DNA of 63,884 nucleotides, counting the filler, from Reclinomonas americana ATCC 50394 (taxonomy: Eukaryota), in the NCBI GenBank assembly GCA_048213135.1. It is 7 parts of 3 records of this genome, joined end to end, with 100 filler letters (N's around TTAATTAATTAA, not from the genome) between each part and the next. Parts side by side here need not be neighbours in the genome. Positions count along the whole stretch, not along the records: positions 45,524 to 52,421 come from PS015181.1; positions 52,522 to 53,988 come from PS015181.1; positions 54,089 to 61,976 come from PS015181.1; 4 more parts are not named here. One strand, 5' to 3'. The position numbers and the translations under genes are program-made. Of this stretch, positions 46,576-58,063 are shown piece after piece. The first letter of the stretch is position 1, and each line of letters starts with the position of its first letter. Under the pieces are notes generated by a model. The model searched no databases. It saw only the letters and a list, made by a program, of their open reading frames with translations, and was not told where the DNA came from.

Positions 46576-47141
46576 TGGCCTTCGCCAAGGAGAACATCGA
46601 GACCAGCATGCAAATGGTGTCGTGCATGAAGTCAAGCACGGCGGCGCTCAAGGAGCAGATGAAGGCGGTGCCGTTGTCGCAGATTGAGGACATTCATGAT
46701 CAGATGTCGGACTTTTTGGAGGATGTGGGCGAGAGTTGCGTGCCAAGGGGACAGCAAGGAGGGCGCGGAGCTTGTTAATGACACTCGTGTCACAGTGAAC
46801 GACATTCTCGGCGAGTCTCTCGGCTACCAAGAGGACGTGGACGAGGACGAATTGATGGGCGAGCTGGTTCGATTAATGTCCCCTTTCGTGCGCTTTCTTG
46901 CTTGTGTCGCTGATGATGCGTGCAGGAGGGACTCGAGGCCGAGTTGGATGCCGAGGGTCTGGGCGAGATGGACGCCATGGGCGAGGCGTCGTCGTCGTCG
47001 GCGGTCTCTGGCCGCTCACCGGCAGTGCCCGCGGCACCGGTACGGCCGCAGCCGGCCATTGATATTGGCGACATTCCGTCGTCGCTGCCGGCGCCGGGGC
47101 AGCCGCAAGCAGTACGGCCGGCGGCGAGCTTGGGTATCTGA
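46576..47141 (+). CDS. CHMP5: ESCRT-III Vps60/CHMP5, C-terminal exons
   Basis: AFAKENIETSMQMVSCMKSSTAALKEQMK...IEDIHDQMSDFLEDVGE|MNDILGESLG...DVDEDELMGEL|EGLEAEL, a Snf7-family C-terminal half. Confidence 0.85.
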
Positions 47142-47689
47142 GGGTTGGAAGGGGGAAAGGGCGATGTGGTATGTAAAGACAAGGCTGGAATGAGGAAAGG
47201 AAGGGAAGGGGAAAGGGAAAGCGGTGGAAGGGGAAGGGAGATGAGGAAAGGGAAAGGAGCACAGATCAACGAGGGATAGCATGATGCAGACAAGAGAGTG
47301 GGGGGAAGAGAATGGGCCCCGAAAGTGAGAAGTGAGGCCAGCGAGGGTTAGAATTATGAAGGACTTTGCAGGCAAACAATGGAAGGAGGAGAGGAGACTC
47401 AGGCGATGAGGCACAGATCCATGAGAGAAATGGCAGTGAGGAGAAGAATGATTGCAGGTTGTGAATTTAGGAGAAGACAAGGAGAAGTTAGCGCGGGTGA
47501 TGAGAGGAAACGAGAGGCGAGTATCGACTGGAGGGAAAGAAAAGGAGGCGCAAACAGCAGAGAATCAGGTTTGGGGGATGGATGATGCAGGAGACTGACA
47601 GCAGGCGGGAAACGATCGAAGGAGAATAGGGGAAGGAGAAATCAGACTCGGGATGATGAAAGAGAGGCGGAGATCAATGAGAGAGAGAG

Positions 47690-47721
<32 letters not shown>

Positions 47722-47944
47722 AAGGCGAGAAGAAGATAGGAAATGTTAGAGAGGACGGCCGTGCTGGGACGAGAAACAAAGATGAGGGAACTCCGCGAGT
47801 GGAGACATGCACGCGAAGTAAGAACGTTGTAGCAACTTATTGGGAAGCTGAAAATCATGAAACGAGGAGAAGTGATGCTCTGATTAATGAGGCTGTGATC
47901 AGCATCCACCTGCGTTTCTCCACGACCAGATCGCCGTGCACTTG

Positions 47945-48335
47945 GCTCAGCTCATTCATTTCTCATTCACTGTCTCTTCGTGTACACCGGCCGCCAGCAA
48001 AGCATCTCATTCGCACTGCGGACCACCACTCTCCTCCCTTCCGCCCCCTCTCCCTTTCCCCTCTTATGCCTCACCTCATTCAATTCATTCATTTCTCTCT
48101 CACTATCTCCACTTGCACACCGGCCCCGCCGCCAGCAAAGCATTGCATTCGTGCTGCAGACTACCACTCTCCTCCCCTCCGCCCCCCTATCCCTTCCCTC
48201 TTATGCCTCAACTCATTCAACTCATTCATTTCTCATTCACTGTCTCTTCTCGTACACCTCGCCCGCCGCCAGCAAAGCATTGCATTCGCGCTGCGGACCA
48301 CCACTCTCCTCCCTTCCGGCCCCCTCCCCCCTTTC
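47945..48335. repeat. Three tandem copies of a 130-140 bp unit
   Basis: ctcattcatttctcattcactgtctctt...cgccagcaaagcat...ccactctcctccc occurs three times. Confidence 0.88.
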
Positions 48336-48348
48336 CCCCTTTCCCCTC

Positions 48349-49737
48349 TCACTGGGAGGCCGACGCCGTCGACGGGGCGGACAAGTACAGCGCGGTCTCC
48401 GCACGCCGCCGCGCATACTCCTCCTCCTCCCGCTGGCGCTTCTCACGCGCCCTCTCCGCCTTGCGCTCCCTCTTGGTGTCGATCCGCTCGTAGTGGCGCG
48501 TCAGCGACCCTCCATGCGCATTCGCCGCCGCAATGCGCACATCCCGCCGGCGGTACCGCGTGCACGTACCGTAGCCCCGATACGGCCACGGCAGCTTGTA
48601 GCTCTCACGCCAGCCCTTCTTGGCCGGCAAGTAGCGATCCGTGATATGCCACTCCTCCTTGGCGGCGGTCTTCGAGATGCCCTCGCGACACCTGCCACAG
48701 CGATGACTGGCGGACTCGAACTCGGCCACGGTCGACATCTCCGGGGTCACCGGGCAATCGCTGCACGCAATACCGCTCTCCAGCGCCGCCAGCAGCTGCC
48801 GCGGATGCTGCGTCGCCTGCGGGCGATCCCACGCCTCCTTCAGCAGCTCATCCCACTTGACCAGCGACTGGAACTGGCGACAGACGCGATACAGACGCGC
48901 CACCATGATCACATCGTCGCTCATCATCTCCACAATGATGCGCCACACGTCGAGCCCGATCGCCAGCCCGTCCATGCCCAGCGTCTTCTTGCGTCGCCTT
49001 CCGCCTCGCCCTGCGCCTCCTCCCTCCACGAGCTGCTGCTGCTGCAACAACACCTGCTGCTCCTGCGCCTGCGCGATGCGCTGCTGCAGCGTGTGCATCA
49101 GCTGCACCTGCGCCTGCTGCAGAGTCGCCTGCATGCGCTCAGCTGGAGTCATTGCTGCTGCTGCTGGCAGAGGTGGAGGAGGCGGCTGCTGCTGCAAAAG
49201 CTCAGTCATCTGCACCAGCAGCTGCGCGGAGAGCTGCTGATGGAGAGTGAGAGGCTTGACCAGCTTGCCGCGCGGGATCTTCTTCGGCTTCTTCACCGGC
49301 TTCTCCTCCACCTCCTCTGCCTCGTACTCACTCGCCTCCTCCTCCTCCTGCTCCTCTTCCGCCTCCTGCTTCACCTCTCGCGTCTCTGAGGGCAGTGGAG
49401 GCAGAGGTGGAAGGTTGGCGGGGAGAGGCGGGAGAGGCAGTAAGAAGGGCAAGGGCGCCGAGGGGAGAAGAGGTGGCAAGGGCGCCAACACAGGGGGCAG
49501 AGGTGGTAAAGTGGCCAGCACGACTGCCAGTTGTTGTTGTGGAGGAGGAGGAGGAGGTTGTTGATGGTCGTTGCTCTTGCGTGTGCTTGCGCGTGTGCTG
49601 CGTCGTTTCGGCTTCTTCTCTTCCTCGTCTTCGTCTTCTTCTTCTTCCTGCTTGTAGTCGGCGTCTGGTTCCTGCTTGATGGGCGTGGTGGCGTAGCGAG
49701 AGGGCACGCGCCGGGTGCGCTGAGGGCGGGCGCTCAT
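48349..49737 (-). CDS. Apparently intronless F-box plus XPA-like (C4 zinc finger and XPA C-terminal domain) protein with low-complexity N-terminus
   Basis: LAIGLDVWRIIVEMM...ARLYRVCRQFQSL (F-box); CSDC...CGRC then ISKTAAKEEWHITDRYL...PYRGYG...RYRRRDVRIAAANAHGG (XPA_C-like). Confidence 0.7.
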   Translation of the reverse strand: MSARPQRTRRVPSRYATTPIKQEPDADYKQEEEEDEDEEEKKPKRRSTRASTRKSNDHQQPPPPPPQQQLAVVLATLPPLPPVLAPLPPLLPSAPLPFLLPLPPLPANLPPLPPLPSETREVKQEAEEEQEEEEASEYEAEEVEEKPVKKPKKIPRGKLVKPLTLHQQLSAQLLVQMTELLQQQPPPPPLPAAAAMTPAERMQATLQQAQVQLMHTLQQRIAQAQEQQVLLQQQQLVEGGGAGRGGRRRKKTLGMDGLAIGLDVWRIIVEMMSDDVIMVARLYRVCRQFQSLVKWDELLKEAWDRPQATQHPRQLLAALESGIACSDCPVTPEMSTVAEFESASHRCGRCREGISKTAAKEEWHITDRYLPAKKGWRESYKLPWPYRGYGTCTRYRRRDVRIAAANAHGGSLTRHYERIDTKRERKAERAREKRQREEEEYARRRAETALYLSAPSTASASQ

Positions 49738-49956
49738 CTTGTTCGTGTTCTCGCGCGTGTGTGTGTGACGTGTTGATGTGGTCGATGTCGATTTGGTCCA
49801 TCGAACCCAGAAGGAAGAAGAGGAGAGGGAGGAGGAAAAGGAGAAGGAGGAGGAGTGGAGGAGGAGGAGAGGAGGAGGAGGAGGAGGGGGAGGAGGAAGC
49901 AGAGGAGGTATATACAGTCGAATGCTGGTGTCCGAAATTCGCATGCTTCAATGTAT

Positions 49957-50004
<48 letters not shown>

Positions 50005-51321
50005 GAGGGAGGAGGAGGAGGAGGAGGAGGAGGAGGAGGAGGAGGAGAGAGANNNNNNNNNNNNNNNNNNNNNNNNNNNNNNNNNNNNNNNNNNNNNNNN
50101 NNNNNNNNNNNNNNNNNNNNNNNNNNNNNNNNNNNNNNNNNNNNNNNNNNNNNNNNNNNNNNNNNNNNNNNNNNNNNNNNNNNNNNNNNNNNNNNNNNNN
50201 NNNNNNNNNNNNNNNNNNNNNNNNNNNNNNNNNNNNNNNNNNNNNNNNNNNNNNNNNNNNNNNNNNNNNNNNNNNNNNNNNNNNNNNNNNNNNNNNNNNN
50301 NNNNNNNNNNNNNNNNNNNNNNNNNNNNNNNNNNNNNNNNNNNNNNNNNNNNNNNNNNNNNNNNNNNNNNNNNNNNNNNNNNNNNNNNNNNNNNNNNNNN
50401 NNNNNNNNNNNNNNNNNNNNNNNNNNNNNNNNNNNNNNNNNNNNNNNNNNNNNNNNNNNNNNNNNNNNNNNNNNNNNNNNNNNNNNNNNNNNNNNNNNNN
50501 NNNNNNNNNNNNNNNNNNNNNNNNNNNNNNNNNNNNNNNNNNNNNNNNNNNNNNNNNNNNNNNNNNNNNNNNNNNNNNNNNNNNNNNNNNNNNNNNNNNN
50601 NGAGAGAGGGAGGGGGGAGGAAGTGAGTGAGGAAGGGGTGAAGAGACGAAGTGTGTCGGCTAGTTTTGTTCGAATTGATTCGATATCTTGTCTGGCTTGC
50701 GAAGAGAAGAAGAGTGCGGCGAGGTGAGTGTCGCTGAGCACATGGTGGCTCTCCAGCCGTGGATCGAAGAGAAAGGGAACGGTGACTGCGAGACGAGGCG
50801 ACAAAACAAGAGGACAAGAGTTCGAGTTCGGAAGCCAGCCGGATTGGGGAGAAAGAGAGAGAGAGAGAGAGATAGAGACAGAGAAAGAGAGAAGTAGAGA
50901 GGGAGGGAGGAAGTGCGTGAGGAAGGGGTGAAGAGACAAAGCAAACGAAGTGTGTTGACTGGGTTTGTTCGAATTGCTCGATATCTTGTCTGGCTTGTGA
51001 AGAGAAGAGTGCGGCATGCTGAGTGTCGTGAACTGCGCTCGTAGTGGCTCTCCAGCCGTGCATCGAAGAGGAAGGGAAAGGTGAGTGCGAGAGGAGGCGA
51101 TCGAAAACAAAGAGGACACTACAAGGAGAACGCAGACACACACACACACACAGAGAGAGAGAGAAGAGTGAGAAGGGAGACAATCCAGCACACGAAAGAC
51201 TATTGCTGTTCGAACTGCTTCGATATCTTACACGCAGCGAGAAGCAGAGTGCGCTCTCGAACCATGCATCGCTTGCAATTGATTCTACTTGTACTAACGT
51301 ACTATTACACACAGACAGTAC

Positions 51322-53988
51322 TCATTCGTCGAGTACGAGCTGGTCGAGTGGCACACGCTTGGGTGGCTCGCGGGCGCTCTCTGGTGGCTCCAGGGGCACC
51401 GCCGGGTATTCGTCTACATGTTCGGGGGTGGGAGGCGCTCCGAATTCCTGCATCGTCATGATAAGGGGAAGGGCGAAGGGGGAGTGAAGGGGAAGGGGAG
51501 GGAAGGGAAGGGGAAAGGGGAAGGGAAGGGAGGGGGAAAGGAAGAGAAGAAGAAGGAGGAAGAAAAACAGACAGGAAAAAAGAGGAGGGGGAAAGGGGGA
51601 GAATGGAAGGGGAAGAGAAGAAGGAGGAGGAGAAGGCAGACAAAAAGGAGGAGGGGGAAAGGGGGAGAATGAAAGGGGAAGAGAAGAAGAAAGAGGAGAA
51701 GGCAGACAGGAAAAAAGAGGAGGAGAAAGAGGAGGAGAACAGTGCGAGAGACATGTGAACACAAGAAGAAAGAGGTAGAGCAGAAGAAGCAAGACCACAG
51801 TGCGAGACACAGGCATGAAGGGAGAAGAGACAGAACAAGAAACTAGGTGATCAAGGAAGAGGACGAGAAGAAGATGAAGAAAGAAGAGAGACACTACAGC
51901 GCGAGACAGAGAGATAAAGGGGGACGAGAAGAAACAAGAAGACGAGAAAAAGAGGAAGAGAAGAAGAGAGAGGAAGGGAAGAAAGATGTGGAGAATAACA
52001 GGAGAAGAGAGGGAACAAGAAAATGAGATGATCGAGGAAGAGGACAACAAGAAGAGGAAGAGAGGAAGAAAGAGGAAGACAGCGAGAGAGAGAGAGAGAG
52101 ATAAAACAGAAGAGGAAACAAAGACGATGTTCGAGGAAGAGGACGAGAAGAAGAGGAAGAGACGAAGAAAGAAGAGAGAGACTACAGCGCGAGACAGAGA
52201 GATAAGGGAGAACAGAAGAAACAAAGAAGACAATGATCGAAGATAAAAACAATGATGACGAGAAAAAGCGCGAGACAGAGAGATAAAGAGAAGAGAGGAA
52301 GAGAAGAAGAAAGAGGAAGAGAGAGGAAGAAAGAGGAAGAGACCACAGCGCGAGACAGATAAAGGAAGAAGAAAGGAAACAAAAAGAAAGAGGACGACAA
52401 GAAAACGAAGAAAACAAAGACNNNNNNNNNNNNNNNNNNNNNNNNNNNNNNNNNNNNNNNNNNNNTTAATTAATTAANNNNNNNNNNNNNNNNNNNNNNN
52501 NNNNNNNNNNNNNNNNNNNNNCCATGGGGACGTTGAGGGCGAGGGGGCTGGGGACGGGTTGGCGTTCGCTGCTGGGGCCGCGGGGGATGCGGCCCTGTGG
52601 AGGGGGAAGGGTGAGGGGGAGGGAGGGATGGGGGAAGGGAGGAGATGGGGAGGGGACTTACGTCGGTCATGGCTTGGAGGATGAGTTGTTGCTGTTGTTG
52701 TTGTTGTTGTTGGAGGTGTTGGGCGTAGGCATTGCTGCAATGGGGGGAAGGGTAGTGAGGAAAGGGTCGAGGGGGTAATGAGGAAAAGGGCAGGGGAGAA
52801 GGGCGAAAGAGAGAAGGGGGATAGAGTTAAGTGAAGAAGGAAGAAAAACAAGAAGTAAAAAAGAGAGAGGGAGAGAGAGAGCATGGGAAAGAAACGAAGA
52901 TGGGACTGAAAGAACAGATCGGAGAGTATGCTGGCGCGAGCGGGAGAGGAAACGAGAAGAAGAAGGGCCGGGAAGTCGGAGAGTAAAGAGATGGAGTGCA
53001 ACAAGATGGAAGTGAATGAGACAAAGTGAAAGCAAGAAGAGCGTTAGACGAAGATGGGAGAGGCGGAAAGGGGAGAGAAATTAACGGATGGGGCAGAGAA
53101 ATGAGATGAGAAGGAACGAGAGAGAGAGAGAAAGCGAGTGAGGAAACGAGAGGTGACAGTTCGTGAGGGACCCGTGAGATCAAGGATAACAAGGCTGGCG
53201 AGAAGGGAAACGAGATGAGAAGGAACGAGACAGAAAGTGAGTGAGTGAAAGAGAGGAAGAGAGAAAGAGACAGGGAGAGGGACAGAATGATCGAGAGAGA
53301 GAAAGCGCGTGAAGAAATGAGAGGTGAGAGTGAGGGGCCCGTGAGATCAACGATAACGGGGCCGGCGAGAATGGATACGAGATGAGAAGGAACGAGATAG
53401 AAAGTGAGTGAGTGAAAGAGAAAGAGAGAACGAGAGAAAGAGGGACAGAAAGACTGGGAAAAATGATGGGAATGAACGAGAGAGCGAGAAGGAAGCAAGT
53501 GAGGAAACAAGAGGTGAGAGTGAGCGAGGACCCAGGGCGGGCGAGAAGGGAAACGAGATGAGAAGGAACGAGACAGAAAGTGAGTGAGTGAAAGAGAGAA
53601 AGAGAGACTGAAAGAAAATGAATGAAAGTGATAGAGCGAGAAGGAAAGCGAGTGAGGAAACGAGAGGTGACATAGAGATACGCGAGAAATATGACAACAG
53701 GTGAGTGAGAGCGGCAACAAGATGGGAAGGAACGAGACACAAAGAGGTGGAAAGTGAGTGAGTAAGAGCGAGAAGGAGAGACAGTGAGGGGAGAAGGAGA
53801 GGGAGAGTGATAAAGCACACGAAAGTAAAGGAGAGAAATAACAGCATATTCGATGAGAGCGAGTGCAACAAGGGAAAGACCGTCTGCGCTCTTTCCCTCA
53901 CTCTCCCCCTGGCTGGCTCACCGATACGACTCCTCCAAACTGGCCCCACTCGCGGAGCTGCCGGCCGCCCCCGGAATCGCCGACGTGC
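51322..53988 (-). CDS. Unknown spliced protein, C-terminal exons (poly-Q, Pro-rich)
   Basis: Frame-compatible exons ...SLEESYR|NAYAQHLQQQQ...QAMTD|GRIPRGPSSERQPVP, and a terminal exon EFGAPPTPEHVDEYPAVP...LVLDE*. Linkage across the 52466 spacer is assumed. Confidence 0.5.
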
Positions 53989-54894
53989 NNNNNNNNNNNN
54001 NNNNNNNNNNNNNNNNNNNNNNNNNNNNNNNNTTAATTAATTAANNNNNNNNNNNNNNNNNNNNNNNNNNNNNNNNNNNNNNNNNNNNGTGTGAGTGGCC
54101 TGTTAGCATGACTGAGATTTCTTCATCATTCTCCACGCCTAAACGTTACTGGCATTCACAACAAGTTTCCATCTCTTTTGTCTCTTGATGTGAGCCACCG
54201 CTCCGTCTCTCGTCAGCCTCTTCTCCTCTCACTATTTCTTTCTCCCCTCTTTCTTTCAAGGCGAAGTGTGAGTGGCGCGTTAGCATGAATGAGATCTCTT
54301 CATCATTCTGTACGCCGTTGTTGTCAGTTTCCATTTCTTTTGTCTCTTGTTGTAGTTTCTAATCCTCAACCATTGGGCCACCACTCCTTCTGTCGTCGGC
54401 TTCTCTTTTCCAGGCGATGTGTGAGTGGCCTGTTAGCATGACTGCAAGCTCTTCATCAATCTCCGCGCCTAAAATGTTACCTTAATGCGCAATGTGCATT
54501 TCTCACTCTCTTCCTCATGCAGTCTCTCAGTTCCTCCCTCTGTCTTACTCATTTCCCTCCGCTTTCATTTGCTTGCATACCCCCTTACCTCACCCTCGGT
54601 CACTCTCAGTTCCTCCCTCCTCCTCCTCTCTCTCTCTCTCTCTTCTCACCTTTCCTCCCTCTGTTCTCGCTTGCTATCCCTGTCGCCTCTCCCCACTCAC
54701 CTCTTCATTCTGCTGCTGCCTTGTGCCTCTCTCGTCTGCACCCTTTTCTCTCTCTTCTCCTTCTGTGTGTGTGTGTGTGTGTCTGTCGCTCTCTGTCTCC
54801 GAACCTCTCACGAGTTTCCTTTCCTTGTGTCTTTCATTGTATTTCTGATCCTCCTTTTCTCATCATCACTCTTTTCCTCTTTCCCATTCCGCAG

Positions 54895-55460
54895 ATGACG
54901 AGCGGCAGCGCATGGAGGACCCGCTGAACTTGATTCGCACGCAAAAGCACGAAATGGGCGTGGGCGGCAACGCCAGCGGCAAGCCCGGCCTGGAGCTGCG
55001 TCCGTTTGTGCCGATGGGAGGCAGTCGGCACGCCGACTCGGAGAATCAGCAAATGATCACTGTCGACTCGGACCAGGAGGGTGACGAGATGTTGAGTGCG
55101 CTCACGCGCAAGCAGGCCAAGGCGCTGCTGAAGGAGATTATGCGGAGGAAGCGCGAGTTGACGGGGGCGGAGGGTGGCAAGGAGGGGGCGGAGGAGGAAG
55201 AGGAGGAGAGTGGGAGCGAGGAGGAAAAGTTGAAGAGGCATCGGCATCACAAGCGGAGGCGTGACGAGGATGATAACGAGGAGAAGGAGGGTCCGCGCAA
55301 CAAGCGTCGGCATCGGAGTGAGGAGGAAAAGTCGGCACGGCGGCAGCGGCGGCAGCGGCATCACGATGACGACAGCGACGACGGTGGCGAAGGGGGGAAG
55401 AAGGATCGGTCGTCGTCGTCGCATCGCCATCACCATCACCATCATCGGAGAAGGAAGTGA
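54895..55460 (+). CDS. CIR1-like (corepressor interacting with RBPJ) protein, last exon
   Basis: MEDPLNLI...NQQMI...DEMLSALTRKQAKALLKEI resembles the recalled CIR1 segment EFLKSLTTKQKQKLLRKL; Arg/His/Ser-rich tail; preceded by a pyrimidine tract and CAG. Confidence 0.6.
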
Positions 55461-55804
55461 ACGGAGCGTTACTTTGCTTGTGTGTGTGTGTGTGTCGAGG
55501 GGGGTGTGTTTTCACTGGGGATTGAGGTCATGTGGAGTAAGGGTGGGATCGTGGTCGAGGGACTCTGCACATTGCTGTTGCGGGTACACAGTTATGGGCG
55601 CAGTGCACGAGGTTGTGGATACGGAGGTGACCGTTTGTCGGCGAGTCGGTGATTATTATGTGGCTGGACTGACTGAAGCCGCCTGGCGTAGAATGTGATG
55701 CTGTGTATGGTGATGTACATTGCAAGGGGAGAATGGGGACGGCGGACGGCAAAGGTGTGTACATGGCTGGCTGTTTCACTGCACACAGCATTCTCACTTC
55801 TCTC

Positions 55805-57692
55805 TTATTCTCTCTCCGGCAGAATCGGCGCCACCACGGTACGCACAAACTGCACCAGGTCATCTCGGGCAATTGTCTGTGTTGCACAGTGTGAGAAAGG
55901 GGCTGGTGATCGATAGATGGAGCACAGCAACGCAACTCGAGTCTCCCTCTCCTCCACGAGCACCGACGCACGAGAGTCGAACCGCACAAAGTCTGGCGTG
56001 CCGCGGTCCTTCTCGATGCCGTACTTCAAGCAGCGCGCCATATCAGGGAGGTCGATGGTGCCGCTCTTGGGCGTCACGACCAGCACGAGGACGCGGTCTT
56101 GCTCCACGTCGACTGCGCACGGAGATCGTGATGAGCGACTGTTCAGCAAACCCCCTCCTTTCCCTTTGCCGCTCACCTCCAACAGACAAGGCCGAGTCGC
56201 GAATCTCCACTGGCGTCACGCGAGTTTCGGCGCGATGGCAGTACACGACGCACTGGTGGCGTTTCAGTTCGGCGGCCGTGCATCGCTCCGTGGGTGTGAA
56301 CACGAAGCGGCGACCCTGCACGAGGCCGCCGGCCATTTGCAGAGACTGCGCAAGGATGCGTTGGAGTGGTCGCTGGGCCTCGCAGGCGACGACAAGGATG
56401 TTGGTGATACTCTCGAGGTCGTCGGCGTTGCCTTGTTGCAATTGCGAGGGGAGCTCGCGGTCGTCGGGGCGCATCGGACGCGGTGATACCGGTGGCTGAG
56501 GGGCGACGACGATGTCGGTGGCCACTGGCGCTGCTGCTGTGGCGATTGGTGGCACCGGGCTGCTGCCAGAGGACGAGGCGCCACTGGTCTCTTGAGTGCC
56601 GTTGGCATCGAGTTTGACTGAGGTGAGGGCGTCGTCAATTGCCTGCTGCATCGCGGATACGTCGCGCCGCGCCTGCGTGATGAAATCCGCGACGGTCTTC
56701 TTGGCGGCATCGCGTTGCGTGGTGGCGGCCGTCAGCTGCTCGGCAAGGCGATTGAATTCTACGATTGCGGTGGCAAGCTGGTCGCTGAGAGCGGCGAATT
56801 TGCGGTTGGCCGCAGCGAGTTGTTGTTGGAGGTTCTTGCAGTCGGTTGTCGAGGCCGCCAGATCGATGTTGAGCTGATCGCGCTCCGAGGTAAGGGCGTG
56901 GATCGTGTCCCTGGCATCTGCAAACTCCTGGCAGAGACGCTCATACTGCGCCACCGAGGCAACCAGTTGAATCTTGAGTTGATCTCGCTCGGTATTGAGT
57001 CTTCCGTTGGTGTTGTTTGCGTCCGCGAGTTGCTGTCGGAGATAGTCACGCTCCGCCCTGAGTTGATCGCATTCTGATCTGAGGGCGCTGATCGTGTCCC
57101 TGGCTTGGGCAAGTTCCTGGTAGAGACGGTCGCTTGTCTCAGAGCGTGTCACCGGCCCCCGTGACTCCGTGTCGTAGAGCCGGGCGAGGGCTTCGTGTAG
57201 TTGTCTTGTAACTCGCTCAAGCTCGTCGTTGGTATTGCGGTGCGCTGTCATCTCGTCGCCCAACATGCGCTTGGTGTTTTTGTGCGCAGCCATCTCACCG
57301 TCCAACTGGCGCTTGGTGCTGTTGTGGCTTTCGACTTCTGCGTCGAACATCCTCTCCGCAGCCAGCCTGGCCGCACGCTCAGCTTCCAGCTCGCCATTCA
57401 GTGCAATGCGATGCTCAGTGGCCGCAGTGAAGGCCAGTTGTAGTTGAGTGATCTGCTTGTTGGCCTCGTCTCGCTCCGCCGTGAGCTTCTCAACTTGATA
57501 GGTTGCCTCTTCTGTGTCTGCCTGCAAATGTCGGACTCGCTCGTTGGCCGCATCACGCTCCGCCAGCAGTTGTTGTGTGTGATAATTCGACACTCGCAAC
57601 TCCTCTTGCAGCCTCTCGCATTCGTCAAACCGTTCTTGCACAGCCGCTTTCAACGATTCACGCTGAGTCCTCCGGTCAGTGTCGTGATCCAT
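55805..57692 (-). CDS. Long coiled-coil protein with a C-terminal globular domain of unknown family
   Basis: 549-codon ORF with heptads and an internal repeat (ARDTISALRSECDQL / ARDTIHALTSERDQL). Introns 56176-56113 and probably 55936-55877 extend it to TAA 55805. The true start is unclear. Confidence 0.7.
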
Positions 57693-58063
57693 TGTTGCAG
57701 CAGGTCTCCTGTGTGATGTATCCTCTCACACGGGAATGCAAAGGTCAGATAAAACTTGTCATCGGGGTGTTCAATCACGGCAGAACCGACCATCATGTCC
57801 GGAATGGCGACAAGCAATCGTGCGCTTGTGGTGAACATGAGGCCACGCACAGCAAGAACATCGCAGGTTGCCGGCGGAGGGCACAGCGTGTGTGCTTCAG
57901 AAAAAATGCTTTGTCGGGTTGCCGGGTTTCGAATTTCCACCAGCACACACCACTGAACCGTTTTGTCGGGACCCGTGCTTGTTACGATCGATATCGATGG
58001 CGCATGTTTGGCCACTCCGATTCGCCATAATTCCACAGATGACGTTCATCGCCTCATCCAAAA

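Noticed and set aside
51460-53800. Long Leu/Ser/Phe-rich or Arg/Glu-rich ORFs in the ORF track
   Set aside because: Translations of GA/CT simple-repeat introns and N runs.
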